Under the pieces are notes generated by a model. That model had not been told where the DNA came from, did not search any database, and saw nothing but the letters and a program-made list of their open reading frames with translations. Source: Mesotaenium endlicherianum (Eukaryota). From it: a stretch of DNA of 34,513 bases. Shown here in pieces: positions 8,666 through 19,646 of the stretch. The translations under genes were made by a program, and so were the position numbers. Every line of letters begins with the position of its first letter. Positions within the stretch are counted from its first letter, which is position 1. The stretch covers positions 80,173 to 114,685 of the forward strand of contig WELA01003159.1 of NCBI GenBank assembly GCA_009602735.1, in the 5' to 3' direction.

Positions 8666-11600
8666 TTATGGAGGGACTCCAGCGGCCCGAAGGTGGAACC
8701 GTGTCAACGCCCCTTTGGCATTGGTCAAGTGGTCCTTAAACTCCCAAGTGTCCCCAGAGGCATCGTAACCCTTCCATCGAATGAGGTATTTCATGACATA
8801 TTTAGACGATCGACGGACCGAGCGAGCGTCTAAAATCTCATCGACCTCATATTCCTCAGGGTCGCCGTCCCGGACAGCGGGGACCGGTCCCGGTTGGACA
8901 GGGAACCGACCTGTGAACAGTGTATCACCTTTGATGTACGGTTCCAGGAAGGAGACATTAAAGACCGGGTGCCCCTTGTATTCAGCTGACATGTTCAGTT
9001 TGTAAGCATTCTGACCGACACGACGGACCACCGAATATGGACCGACCCAGACAGGGCCAAGCTTTTTCTTGACCACACCAGGGAGGTACAGGTGCTGAGA
9101 ATGCAGTTTGACTAAATCCCCCTTGGAAAATGTCAGTTCCCGACGGTGTTGATTAGCGTATTTTTGTTGGTTTTCTTGGGCCGTGTGCAAGTTTCGTTGG
9201 ACTTCTGACAGGGTGTCAGCAAACTCCTGAGTTAACTGGAGGGAGACCGGGTTGTCAATCCCTTCAGGGTGAGTTAAAGATTCCCCTAGCACATCTAGAG
9301 GAGACTTAGGGACTCTACCCAGGCTGAGTTCAAAAGGAGTTTTGCCCGTTGACGCGTGCACCGCACTGTTGACCGCAAACTGAATTTGAGGCAACAGGTC
9401 ATCCCAATTATCTTGTTTTTGGTTAATATATGCTCTCAGCACCTCCTGCAGAACTCGGTTAGTTCTTTCAGTCTGCCCATCAGTCTGAGGGTGGTTTGCT
9501 GTGCTGAGCAGCTGTTTGACTCCCATTAACCCCATTAAAGCTCTCCAGAACTTAGAGGTGAATTTTGAGTCTCTGTCTGAGATGATATTAGAAGGGAGCC
9601 CATGTTGGCATACTACATGGTTGTAAAACTGTCTCGCTGTTTCGAGTGCAGTCACTTTGACAGTTGTGGGGATAAAAATGACCATTTTTGTCAGTTTATC
9701 CACGACTACCAGTATTGAATCATGCCCGTTGGCAGTTCTTGGTAGTGAGACCACCCAGTCCATGGATATAGTTTCCCAGCGTCCCGCTGGGATGGGTAGC
9801 GGTTGCAAGAGACCTCCGGGTGGTGTGTGCCGAGACTTATTTCTCTGACACTGGTCACAGGACTTGACATATTTCAAGACCTCCCGGGGTAACCCCTCCC
9901 AATGATAATGTTTTGCCAGTTTGCCAACAGTTTTGGCCTGCCCCAAATGTCCACCCAGGAGACTGTCATGAGCTTGACTCAGTAAGAGAGACCTTATTTC
10001 CAAATTATTAGGAATGACCAGCTTCAGCCTGCCTGAAGTGGTTTCAGTCACCCAGACCCCTCCCTTGAGCTTATACCCGAGTGCGGTAGCACGACACATA
10101 CCAGTAGTGGGGCTGGGCTCAAATGTTGGGTCAGAAAGGTAGGCTTTCCTAAGTTGTTCAAGGAAGGACTTTTTCACCTTTAGTGAAGTGAGTGCACACA
10201 GGACTTTATCTACAGTATGCTGACTAAAGTTCCTTTCTTGCAAGTCAGGTCTTCTAGAGAGTGCATCAGCAGGATTCAACTTCCCTGGTTTGTAGTCGAT
10301 CTGGACTTGGAACTGCTCCAGCATCTGGCTCCAGCGGTTCTCCCTCCTCGACAGCTTGGACTTCTTCTGAAAGTGGGTCAGAGCTAGATGATCTGTAATC
10401 ACCTTAAAAGCTTTACCATGTAAGTATGCTCTCCACTGTTTGAGTACATGAATGATAGCTAGCAGCTCTTTATCATGCACTGAGTAATTAATCTCCGCTG
10501 GATTAAATTTCATAGACTCATACAACACAGGATGCCACTCCTGCCGTACCTTACCATCCTTTGTGGTTTTGTCAGCAGGCTGCAACAAAATAGCACCCAT
10601 GGCAAAATCAGAGGCATCAGTAACCACCTGCACCGGTTTGCTGGGGTCATACACGGCTAGCACTGGGGCAGAACAAAGGGCATCTTTAAGGGTCTGGAAG
10701 GCAGCCTGCTGCTCTTCCCCCCACACATACCCGATGTCTTTCTTAGTAAGGTCAGTCAGTTTACTGGCCTTTGTGGAATAATTCTCAATAAATCTCCTAT
10801 AGTAGTTAGCCAACCCGAGGAAGGATCTAACTTCAGAGACAGACTGTGGTACTGGCCAGTCCCTTATGGTCTGGACTTTCTTAGGATCCACACTGATGCC
10901 CTCTTTACTGACAACGTGGCCTAAGAATTCAATACTTTCCTTAAAGAAATCACACTTGCTCATTTTAGCATACAAGTGATTTTTCCGCAGAGTGTCCAGC
11001 ACTTTCTTTAAGTGTTCAGTGTGCTGAGCTTCATCTTTAGAGAAAATTAAAATATCATCCAGGAAAACTTGCACAAACTTATCCAAATAAGGTCTGAAAA
11101 TGTCATTCATAGCACCCATAAAGGTAGCAGGAGCATTAGTCAGTCCAAATGGCATCACGTTGAACTCATAGTGTCCATAACGTGTGCGGAAAGCAGTCTT
11201 GTGTTCATCCCCCTCAGCAATTCTGATTTGATGATAACCACTCTTGAGATCTATCTTACTGAACACCTTAGCGCCAGACAGGGTATCAAGCAAGTCCTCG
11301 ATTCTGGGTAAAGCATACTTGTTCTTTACTGTAATTCTGTTCAGGGCTCTGTAATCCACACACATCCGCATACTGCCATCCTTTTTCTTAACAAATAGGA
11401 TAGGTGCGCCGTACGGTGATTTACTGGGAGAAATGTAACCATTTTCCTCCAGCTCTGCAATCTGTGTTTTCAACTCCTCACTCTCCAAATAAGACAAGCC
11501 ATACGTGCGTTGCCAGGGTGGCTGGCTACCAGGTAATAAATCAATCCTATGATCTACTTCCCGCTTAGGGGGTAGTCCTGGAGGCATATTAAACACATCC

Positions 11601-12475
11601 GTGTACTGAGCAACAATGTTTGCAGCAGTAGGGTGTTCCGGAGGGTGTACCTTTTTCTCAACCACTTCTTCAGGTTGAGGAGGTACCTCTCTTAGCAGCA
11701 GACAGAACATTCTGTCTTCCTTCTGGTTCCAGCTTTTGACGAACTCCATTGCATTCAGCAACTTGCATCCTTCTGGAAGCCTCTTCTTTTCCTTCATTTG
11801 CCATCCACACAGGACAAGAGGAAGAGCACTGGTGGGTGCCAAGTCAGTCTGCCCATCACTGGCTCCTCTCACTTTAACTGTACCTCTGCTCCAACACACT
11901 TCAGCTTGATGTCTATTAAGCCAGGACCTGCCTAGCACGAGATCATAAAAGCCAGTGTTGAGTACCTCAAATGTAAGCGTTTCAGTTAGAACTGCAATGC
12001 CAGAACCTAACTGGACCTCAATAGGCTTGGTTATAACTCCTCCCGGGATACTTGAGGCATCTCCAAGGAATATTTTTCTATTCCCTTGGGTGACAGTAGG
12101 CAGCCTTAGCCGCTTAACTAAGTCCTTGTGGATAAAAGTATGTGACGCCCCTCCGTCAACAAATGCCCTCACCTTCCTACCTGCAATCATGCAATGCAGT
12201 AGGATAGGGGGGACTGTCTTTTCCTGACTTTCGCATTGTTCTCCTGACGTAGCAAAGAAATGTTGGACATCAGGTGGAACAAGAGCATCCAGAGTGTGCA
12301 CTCTCTGGACGTCTATATTGCTGATGGTCTCCTTTATCTGGTTGTCAGGCATGCATAGTGAATCCAGTTCAGCAGGACCCATAATACCTGCTACGAGGGC
12401 AGCTAGTGACGACTCACTATCTCTAGCATCCTCACAGTCAGTAGACTGGATTACTGACTGTTGCTGTCTTTTAAA
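8666..12475 (-). CDS. pol: Pol polyprotein (protease, RT, RNase H, integrase, chromodomain), entered by -1 frameshift
   Basis: Protease [52 protein letters not shown]; RNase H TDASD, KELLAI, TDH, ADALSRR; integrase [28 protein letters not shown]; chromodomain [19 protein letters not shown]. Frame is open back to 12496; first ATG at 12382. Confidence 0.97.
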   Translation of the reverse strand, partial: FKRQQQSVIQSTDCEDARDSESSLAALVAGIMGPAELDSLCMPDNQIKETISNIDVQRVHTLDALVPPDVQHFFATSGEQCESQEKTVPPILLHCMIAGRKVRAFVDGGASHTFIHKDLVKRLRLPTVTQGNRKIFLGDASSIPGGVITKPIEVQLGSGIAVLTETLTFEVLNTGFYDLVLGRSWLNRHQAEVCWSRGTVKVRGASDGQTDLAPTSALPLVLCGWQMKEKKRLPEGCKLLNAMEFVKSWNQKEDRMFCLLLREVPPQPEEVVEKKVHPPEHPTAANIVAQYTDVFNMPPGLPPKREVDHRIDLLPGSQPPWQRTYGLSYLESEELKTQIAELEENGYISPSKSPYGAPILFVKKKDGSMRMCVDYRALNRITVKNKYALPRIEDLLDTLSGAKVFSKIDLKSGYHQIRIAEGDEHKTAFRTRYGHYEFNVMPFGLTNAPATFMGAMNDIFRPYLDKFVQVFLDDILIFSKDEAQHTEHLKKVLDTLRKNHLYAKMSKCDFFKESIEFLGHVVSKEGISVDPKKVQTIRDWPVPQSVSEVRSFLGLANYYRRFIENYSTKASKLTDLTKKDIGYVWGEEQQAAFQTLKDALCSAPVLAVYDPSKPVQVVTDASDFAMGAILLQPADKTTKDGKVRQEWHPVLYESMKFNPAEINYSVHDKELLAIIHVLKQWRAYLHGKAFKVITDHLALTHFQKKSKLSRRENRWSQMLEQFQVQIDYKPGKLNPADALSRRPDLQERNFSQHTVDKVLCALTSLKVKKSFLEQLRKAYLSDPTFEPSPTTGMCRATALGYKLKGGVWVTETTSGRLKLVIPNNLEIRSLLLSQAHDSLLGGHLGQAKTVGKLAKHYHWEGLPREVLKYVKSCDQCQRNKSRHTPPGGLLQPLPIPAGRWETISMDWVVSLPRTANGHDSILVVVDKLTKMVIFIPTTVKVTALETARQFYNHVVCQHGLPSNIISDRDSKFTSKFWRALMGLMGVKQLLSTANHPQTDGQTERTNRVLQEVLRAYINQKQDNWDDLLPQIQFAVNSAVHASTGKTPFELSLGRVPKSPLDVLGESLTHPEGIDNPVSLQLTQEFADTLSEVQRNLHTAQENQQKYANQHRRELTFSKGDLVKLHSQHLYLPGVVKKKLGPVWVGPYSVVRRVGQNAYKLNMSAEYKGHPVFNVSFLEPYIKGDTLFTGRFPVQPGPVPAVRDGDPEEYEVDEILDARSVRRSSKYVMKYLIRWKGYDASGDTWEFKDHLTNAKGALTRFHLRAAGVPP
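12434..12475 (-). promoter_or_regulatory. Programmed -1 ribosomal frameshift signal (slippery U UUA AAA plus hairpin)
   Basis: Gag codons CCT TTA AAA (heptamer 12475-12469), 7-nt spacer, stem ACAGTCAGTA/TACTGACTGT with 8-nt loop (12461-12434); pol is in the -1 frame. Confidence 0.8.
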
Positions 12476-13929
12476 GGCTGGTCTTTTCTCTCGACCTTAG
12501 GCAGGTGCTTGACCGGACACTGTTCTCTGTAGTGGCCTTTCTGCTGACAATGGTAGCAAGTAGATTTTGCTGAGGCTGGTCTCGGCTTAGTCCTACCACC
12601 ACCCCTTCCATAGCCACCTCGAGAGGGACCACCTCTACCTCTAGACTGAATAGCATTGTACTCATACTCATATTCATCACCCTGATTATCCTCAGCCTGG
12701 TCTCCTTCAACTGCATTGTAGGAACCGTGGGGCTTTTTGACAATCTTAGACACCAAAGCGTTACTCTGGCGCTTGTGATTGAACTGCTGCTGATCCCAGG
12801 CGTCAGCATCCTGGATCAAGTCAGCCAGTTTCTCATACTTTTTCTCAGCAAAATGACCAGAGACCTCGGATTTCAAGCCATACCTGAAGTATGCTATCCT
12901 ATACCGTTCTGGCAAATCAGGCTGCTTCATCATGTTCTCTTGGAACTTTTGAGCAAACTCAGCAACTGAAGTGGTCTGCTTCAGTGTCAGGGAGATCATC
13001 GCATAGATAGCTTTCTCCTGCTGGTTGATGACATCAAACTTCTCATGCAACTTCTCGACAAACTCTACCCACGTAGGGTCACCGAGTTGCCGAGCCTTAC
13101 GCTCTTCCTTCCAGTAAAGCCACCAGTCTGCGGCACTGCCTTTCAGTAGCGCACCGGTGTGCCTGACCTTCTCGTAATCTTGCAGTTCTGGGTAGTTCTC
13201 CAGCCACTGCTCAACATCCGCGAGAAACTTGATCAGGTAATATTTTCTGTTTCCCTCAGGATCATAGTCCTGGGGAGGTTTCGGCTTGGGCTTACTAGGC
13301 CCTCGGCCACCACCACTAGTGGTGTGAGACCCCAGTTGGTCTCTGTCCCGGAGTAGGGACATTATGATTCTTTTGTCCTCCTGCTGGGACTGATACATGG
13401 TCGCCATTTGCGACTGCATCTGAACGAACAATGCTCCCAAGTCTACATTTTGGGGTGGTAGATTAGCAAATGCAGCAGCAGCATTGGCATCTACTCGCTG
13501 AGTAGTGTCCTCAACAATCCCTCTTGCTCCTGCAGCAGCAATTCCTGCCGCATTCAGCCGGTCACGTATTTGACCTAGGGGTACATTGAGTTGTACGGCA
13601 GGAGGTGGGTTCAGAACATTGGCCCTTGATGCCATAAGTTCTTCAACAGTGCGCTCGTCAGCTGGCTGTCCTTCCCTCCTTTGTATATCTTCAGCGGCCT
13701 TTGCTACTTGTTCAGCTTCTAGTCTGGCTATCTCCTCCTCAGCTTGCTGAGCTGCGACTGAGGCAATAGCAGCTGCCTCATCTGCAGCCTCCCTAGCTGC
13801 AGTATCCGCTACTGCTTCCGAATAGGTACGGTTTCCCGCTACATGGCTTTCCGCCTGGTTTTCGACATTCTCGTTATCCTGGTTCTCCATGTCTCGGGAG
13901 TTGCTAGTTTGAGACCTTGTCCTTACCAT
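12451..13929 (-). CDS. gag: Gag (capsid plus CCHC zinc knuckle), 492 aa
   Basis: Retrotransposon-gag motifs [10 protein letters not shown] and [16 protein letters not shown]-rich stretch; [14 protein letters not shown] knuckle; ATG 21 nt after the PBS. Confidence 0.95.
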   Translation of the reverse strand: MVRTRSQTSNSRDMENQDNENVENQAESHVAGNRTYSEAVADTAAREAADEAAAIASVAAQQAEEEIARLEAEQVAKAAEDIQRREGQPADERTVEELMASRANVLNPPPAVQLNVPLGQIRDRLNAAGIAAAGARGIVEDTTQRVDANAAAAFANLPPQNVDLGALFVQMQSQMATMYQSQQEDKRIIMSLLRDRDQLGSHTTSGGGRGPSKPKPKPPQDYDPEGNRKYYLIKFLADVEQWLENYPELQDYEKVRHTGALLKGSAADWWLYWKEERKARQLGDPTWVEFVEKLHEKFDVINQQEKAIYAMISLTLKQTTSVAEFAQKFQENMMKQPDLPERYRIAYFRYGLKSEVSGHFAEKKYEKLADLIQDADAWDQQQFNHKRQSNALVSKIVKKPHGSYNAVEGDQAEDNQGDEYEYEYNAIQSRGRGGPSRGGYGRGGGRTKPRPASAKSTCYHCQQKGHYREQCPVKHLPKVERKDQPLKDSNSQ

Positions 13930-13950
13930 ACAAAGAAGACTGTGATAACT

Positions 13951-13962
13951 GCTCCGATACCA
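13951..13962 (-). promoter_or_regulatory. Primer binding site complementary to the tRNA-iMet 3' end
   Basis: TGGTATCGGAGC one base after the LTR-terminal CA; canonical TGGTATCAGAGC with one G-U-compatible change. Confidence 0.9.
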
Positions 13963-13963
13963 C

Positions 13964-14682
13964 TGAAATGAATCGACTTACCAAATAGGCGATTAACAAT
14001 TAATAAAGATCTTTTATATCAGCAAGTAATCTTATGGTATTTCCGTTAACTAGTTAAACGGCAAAGGACAATACACTAGCAGGGAATAATACTCGTAAGT
14101 CAAATGCGAGTAAACTAGCATCAATGATGCAAATCAGTAAACTCATACATAAGCAAGGTTAGAAGACAGTGCGTATCAATGGCTTCTCGCCTTGGATTCA
14201 GAGTTCTCTCAGTAAGCTGTACAAGAGAGTTGGCCTCGTTTCCGAATGCCGAACTCGAGAGCAATGCCTAGCATATGTACATGGAATGAGTTTACTGTTC
14301 AACGGTCAGTGCGATGGCACCGCCTACCCGGGAGTTAACCACGTTGGTAGGACCTCGGTTAACCAAATCCACCGCCATCTCCCATCATCCCGAATAGCCA
14401 TCCATCATGGGGATGTCATCTGGCCATTCATCTAGCAGGTCGTACTTAGATGCATATCAAGGCAGTTCGCTGCTACCGAGCACGGAAGTCAGCTGGCTGT
14501 CAAAGAATGTGTCAGCAAGCTGACTTAAGTTGACTTCAGCCTGCTGCTTTCGGCCGAGTCATTAAACTGATAATTATGTAAAGTCCAGCAGACTGATTAT
14601 TAACTAAAGTTCAGCAGGCTGAACTTAATTCACTATTAGATTTAAATGAATATTATATCCACTAATGTACTGATTCATTACA
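13964..14682 (-). repeat. 5' long terminal repeat (719 bp)
   Basis: Minus strand starts TGTAATGAATC and ends GATTCATTTCA (10/11 terminal inverted repeat, TG...CA); abuts the PBS. Confidence 0.88.
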
Positions 14683-14689
14683 AAATTTG

Positions 14690-15472
14690 TGTTACGTAAA
14701 CTTCCACAACTTTGTATGCACTTTCTGGTTATCTTATATTTACCTTATGTGATTTACATTTTAAGGTTATGAAAGTGTAGTTTGTTTCTTTCTAGTATTT
14801 TATATGCATAGAGTGTAATTTGAGAAGAACTTTGGTCTTTATTTCAAGTCATTTGGACAAGTATTGAGATAGTTGTGAATTTTGGAAGTTTTTAGTGAGT
14901 TTTTAATATCACAGATTCTATTTAGTGACAAGGACAGGTCCAGTAACGAAAATTTCGGTTGGAGTCCAGGAAGTAGGACATTGAAACATGAGGGTTCCAG
15001 AAAGTACGTACAATTGCGTAGAGTGCCAAAGTGATTGTGGAATTTCTAGAAACTCTGTGAGGAGTTAGTGGATTGTGTAGTAGAATATTCTCGAGTATGA
15101 TTGTGTGCGTGTGAGTGTGCTAGCTCGTCCAACTAGGCAAGGTCACCTACATGGAAGGAGCCATAGGAGAAGGTTCTGGAGGAACTTTGCTAGAAAGGAC
15201 ACTTAGAGTTAAAGGATAAATGGGAAGCACAAGGAAGTAGAGGGGGCTTATTTTAGTCTAACCTTCGTATCTTGTACACGACTTTTCTTAATAAAATGAG
15301 TTCTTTTCCACGCCTCTATCATGTAGCCCTCTAACCCTTGCAAGGGTGGCACACCACCAGGCCACTCCACCTTGTGTATGCAACTAGGAAAGGTCCTCGT
15401 GCACGCTTCCACTCGCGGGTGAGGGGCGTGAGTGTGTGGGCGCACTCCTCGCACCCTTTTACCTTTCATACA
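14690..15472. mobile_element. Probable LTR-like remnant of a second element with heat-shock-element-like motifs
   Basis: AT-rich and non-coding; GAAnnTTC/TTCnnGAA motifs at 14995, 15044, 15083 and 15169; AATAAA near 15289; possible ends TGAAAG(14770)...CTTTCA(15468); no TSD found. Confidence 0.35.
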
Positions 15473-17755
15473 TGATCGTTTTTATTTGTTCATTTTGACA
15501 AACGCGTTTGGTCGTCAAAAACCGCGTCACATTTTATTTTTAGGCGCAAGTCTCGAAAGTTGTCAAACATCTCCACCATTTTGACAACCGCTTCTGAATA
15601 TTTCAGCTGAAAGTTATTTTCCAAATAACAAATATAAGTGCAAAAACAACAATGCTCAAAAATATATATTATGTTGATTCTTTTACGGCTGAATTCAAAA
15701 ATAATTGGTACTTTTGGTCAATACTTGGGCATATTTCAAACTAGGGTAAGTAGTATACTTCACTAATGTACTCTAAAATTCAAATGTTGGTATTGATTCC
15801 CCACTTTACCCCCATACAATGGTTTGGCAATTACCTCTTGACCTTTGAAATATGGTATCTTAATTTTAGGTAATCCAAAGCAATTTGTTCTCGAGCAATT
15901 GTTAGTGGTTGGTTGAAAAGGTGAGTACAATAAGGACCACGATAGTGGCATGGTATTAGCTTTGGAAGTGTAAGCTGGCATGAGCTTTTTTTTTCCTATT
16001 ATTTCGATTTTGATGGACAAGAAATGCCCAATCGGCATTCAAATTGTTTTGATAATCCTTGATGGGGTATAAGGTTAGTAAAACCAGACAAGAACATGCA
16101 TATGTTTGGATTTTGGTGTATATAAAGACATGGTGTTATCATGAATGCTTAAACGTTGTGCGACAATGTTGATAAACTGTGAAGATCATGACCATACGCA
16201 GTACCTGCAAAGTGCATCACACGAGAACTCCTTGTGGGCCAAGTATCGTGTCATATGTGATAATACTTTGAAATTTGCAAGCCTTCTTGCAATTTCAGTA
16301 TGAAGACATTGCATTGTTGTTTGTCTTGTTGAGAGAAGGTGGGATTTTGCGTTTGAGGTGAACTTGTTGAACATGTGATTCGATTGTAAGGGGCCTTGCC
16401 TATCTTGAACATGCTTCCTTTTGAGTGTTGGAATTGAGACCAATTGCCTTGCTTACATTACAATCACAACCTCCTTGCATGGGACAATCATTATTTGCTT
16501 TTTTGCTTCAGTCGAATGGCGTTGAGTGGCTTGTTCGTAAATGAAGAGATTGAAGGCAAACGAGAGGTGTCGATTAGTGAAAAGTAAGCATGGGGTCTCG
16601 TGCGCAAGGCACTTGGGGCTTGGTAAGCGTGAGCTGCATAGACCAGCATTGACGGCCGTAGACCCGTATCATGTGCGGACCAGCTCCGATCCGCGACTGG
16701 TCCACGTGGGTCCACGCACAGGAGCAAACGTAATCAAGAGTTTTCAACAGTGTTCAATCATGTTCAATGGTATTTAAGGGTGACAGAGTTGAGCTTCCGT
16801 TGGGACGGTTGGATGCGATTGGATGCGACCCTGGACGATAGAGAGCGATTGGGGCCCTTGCAGCTTCTGATAGGTGGACGTGTCGCTGTTGTAACGATGA
16901 ATAAAACGACAGACTTTTTTGAGTCCATATTGTTGCCGGTTGACAAAAGTGCTTTGCAGATAATAATGACAAAAATAATAAACGAATATTTGTTTCTCAC
17001 AGCAGCCATCCTCGTGTTCGATTTGGATCAGCCGTTAGAAACTGGATTATGTCTACTTCATTCATCTATTGTGTATGCTGATGCATGCTGCCAGTTGGGT
17101 CTGTGACGTTTTCTGTATAGAGCCCCGTCGAGGCCGATGGGCCAAGACGAGCCAACCTGGTCAGAAGGTTTCTTTTTGTCTTGCTCTCCTCACAGTGCAG
17201 TACGGTGGGTCGGGCTTTATCGGAATTGCTGAATACTGATAAAATTGACGTACAATATGACTGAATGTGACGGTGTGGCCCCGAGCTTATATGTCCAAGC
17301 CAACGAAACGTGATGAAAAGATTGTGAAAGATGGTGAGATTTATCAACCGGTACAAACAAACGTGTGGCCCCTTCGTTTCGCTTTTGGGAGGGCCACGGC
17401 CCACTACGTAAAGGACGCACGACCGAGACCAACGAGCCAGCCTTTACTATGATATGACACCACTAACAATTCTTATAGATGGTTGTAGACTCTTCTGCAT
17501 CAGGGGCTTTCGAAAATACACCGCAGTTGCGCGTCATCGTTCGCATTACCTAGGCGTCTCTCATAAATGCGGTCGGATTTTACTTCCACTTTCTAGCACT
17601 AGTGCAGATTTTGGATGCACGTCTAGTGTTCTCTTCAAATTGTATACTTTTTTTGTGTTGAGCCTCTCTCTCAGTATCTCATTTGCATGCCCTAAATTTT
17701 TTCCCGGCATGTTTGTCTTTGTGGAATACGTAAATAACTTACTCTAATGTAGTAC

Positions 17756-19092
17756 ATGGTCATGCCGCACCGTACTGGATCGTTAGGTAGTGGAGATGAG
17801 AAAGCCCGAGGGGAACAGAAGTTTGAGTTGTCTCCGAGAAGGTTGCCCTTACGCTATGTGGTATCAGACTGCGTTAATCGGTGGTTTCATGCAACTCACA
17901 AGGCTGCAAGGGAAGGTGACCCAGCAATGCAGTCATTGCTAGGGCAGATGCTTATTTATGGATATGGTTCTCACCAAGATATAAGAGAGGTAAGATGTAA
18001 TCAAGTTCATGTGTATTGGTCATCTTCGTGATGTGTCATCACCATCATGGAAGTGACCTAGTACTTCCAGTTTGCTTGGGCTGACCCTATTGAGAAGGGT
18101 CCTGTTTATATACGAATTTGCTGTCCGTGACAACAGCACGAGTAGGACGAGGATAATTGCATTCAGCGAATTGCCTTTATTCACCACGTTAGGGTGATGT
18201 GCTTGGCAGGGTCTTGATTGGTTAAAGAAAGCCTCAGGCACTGAGCCTGAAGCAAGGAGCCTCTATGCAGCTCTGACAGGTAAAGCCCTCATGCTGGCCT
18301 TAGGTTGATAGGCGTCTGGGGACTTTTGGAGTAGGAGGATTATTGTGTCCAAACCCCATTCAGCATTGTCAAACTCTTTGTATGCGTCCTCCATAACTGC
18401 AACTTCTAGGGTTCGAAGGTTTTTATTCTTGCTGAAGCCTCAAGGACATTATTTTGGTAAATGTGGACCTACAAATGGCTCCCCATGCTGCACTACCACT
18501 TGGTGCCCCCAAAATATTGGTCAGTCACAACACTTCAATACTGCTCTGCAGATATATCCTGGTGGGCATGGGCATCATAGGGTCAACTAGATGGGGTGAT
18601 GCATGGGTATTGTGATTGTCCCTCAAGGTTATGCATATCAGCTTCAAGACCATGTTGGTTCTGTTTTCTGGCAGAGGTGGAATTTTGGGCTGCCCCTACT
18701 TTGTTGGTCTATCATGATCATTTTCCTGTTCATACTGGGTTCATGAATGTGGTTCAGGTTCAGTCGAGTTACATGTTTCCCTCCACAACTTGGCCACTGC
18801 ATTTAACGCCCAGTAGTTCTTGCGGAAGAATCATTGTTTCTTGCTTTTGGCTAAGTCTGTGGTGTTGTTGCTCTCAGGCAACGTAAACGCGGACATGATA
18901 GAGGCTCCAATAGAGAGCCTCAACCTGGAGGATTCAGTGAATTCGACGCGGAGTGAAGGTGGACGAGATTTGCTCAGGCAACATGGGAAACATCGACAGA
19001 TGCCCGCCAAGTACAGGAACTGCGAGATAGGATACCCCTCCACTGAAGGACTGATGCCCAATGGAGATGTGTCGTTCCCAAAGACATTATGA
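17756..19092 (+). CDS. Small plant-type Sel1-like-repeat protein (about 172 aa, 3 exons)
   Basis: Exons 17756-17989 (|gtaaga), 18210-18279 (gcag|..|gtaaag) and 18878-19092 (tcag|), phases consistent. PLRYVVSDCVNRWF..AREGDPAMQSLLGQMLIYGYG..GLDWLKKAS matches the Sel1 pattern (A..GD..Q..LG.M...GYG...W...A). Confidence 0.8.
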
Positions 19093-19646
19093 TCCTTCAA
19101 GTGCCCAATGGAGATGTGGCGTTTGAAGCTGAAGAAGAGTTTCTTCACTCTTTTTTTTTCCGGTTGTCCTTGCATAAGGGATGCAGATGAAGTATCTTCT
19201 CTTCAGGGGGGGAATTTGTCTCTGCATTTGTGTGGGCTAAGCAGTACCAGGGCTATATTTTTGTCAAGGTGCACTTTCCATATACAGGAGAGAGTGCTTT
19301 GATTTGTTGTTACACTAGTTTTGTGTCCAGTTTGCCTCCAGAATGCAGTTTTAGAGCAATCAGAGATCGCAGCAAGCTTACGTAGATCTGTGACCTCCAG
19401 TGCTATCTTTCGGGTTTCCTTGAGTAGTATTGGTGGGATGTTTACCCCAGAATCTTAGGTTGGGTTCAAGTCGAGGTTTGTCTAGCTGGAGTATAGCTCT
19501 GGACATTGGAGTGGGTTATACTTCATTCGTGTGAAGGATCTCAGCACATCGGGACAAAAGGTTGTTTGTTCCATACTGCTATGTAAATGCGAAGACATGT
19601 GCCTTCCTTGGTCCATGCTGAAAAATTTCTACTTGATTTGTCTATC

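Larger units (their letters stand above)
7010..14682 (-). mobile_element. Ty3/gypsy LTR retrotransposon (chromovirus): 5' LTR-PBS-gag-pol(chromo)-ORF3; 3' LTR not seen
   Basis: Gypsy domain order PR-RT-RH-INT-chromodomain; LTR with terminal inverted repeats; iMet PBS; uninterrupted ORFs. Left boundary uncertain. Confidence 0.95.

Noticed and set aside
12428..12451. H-type pseudoknot (loop ATCC pairing with downstream GGAT)
   Set aside because: Only 4 bp, and a 2-nt linker cannot span a 10-bp stem; a simple hairpin is preferred
14463..14626. CRISPR-like repeat-spacer array
   Set aside because: Units are only 10 bp at about 25-bp period, in a eukaryotic LTR, with no cas genes
15763..17747. 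Several 60-120 aa ORFs between the transposon and the Sel1 gene
   Set aside because: No recognisable motifs or consistent exon chain; treated as intergenic or decayed repeat
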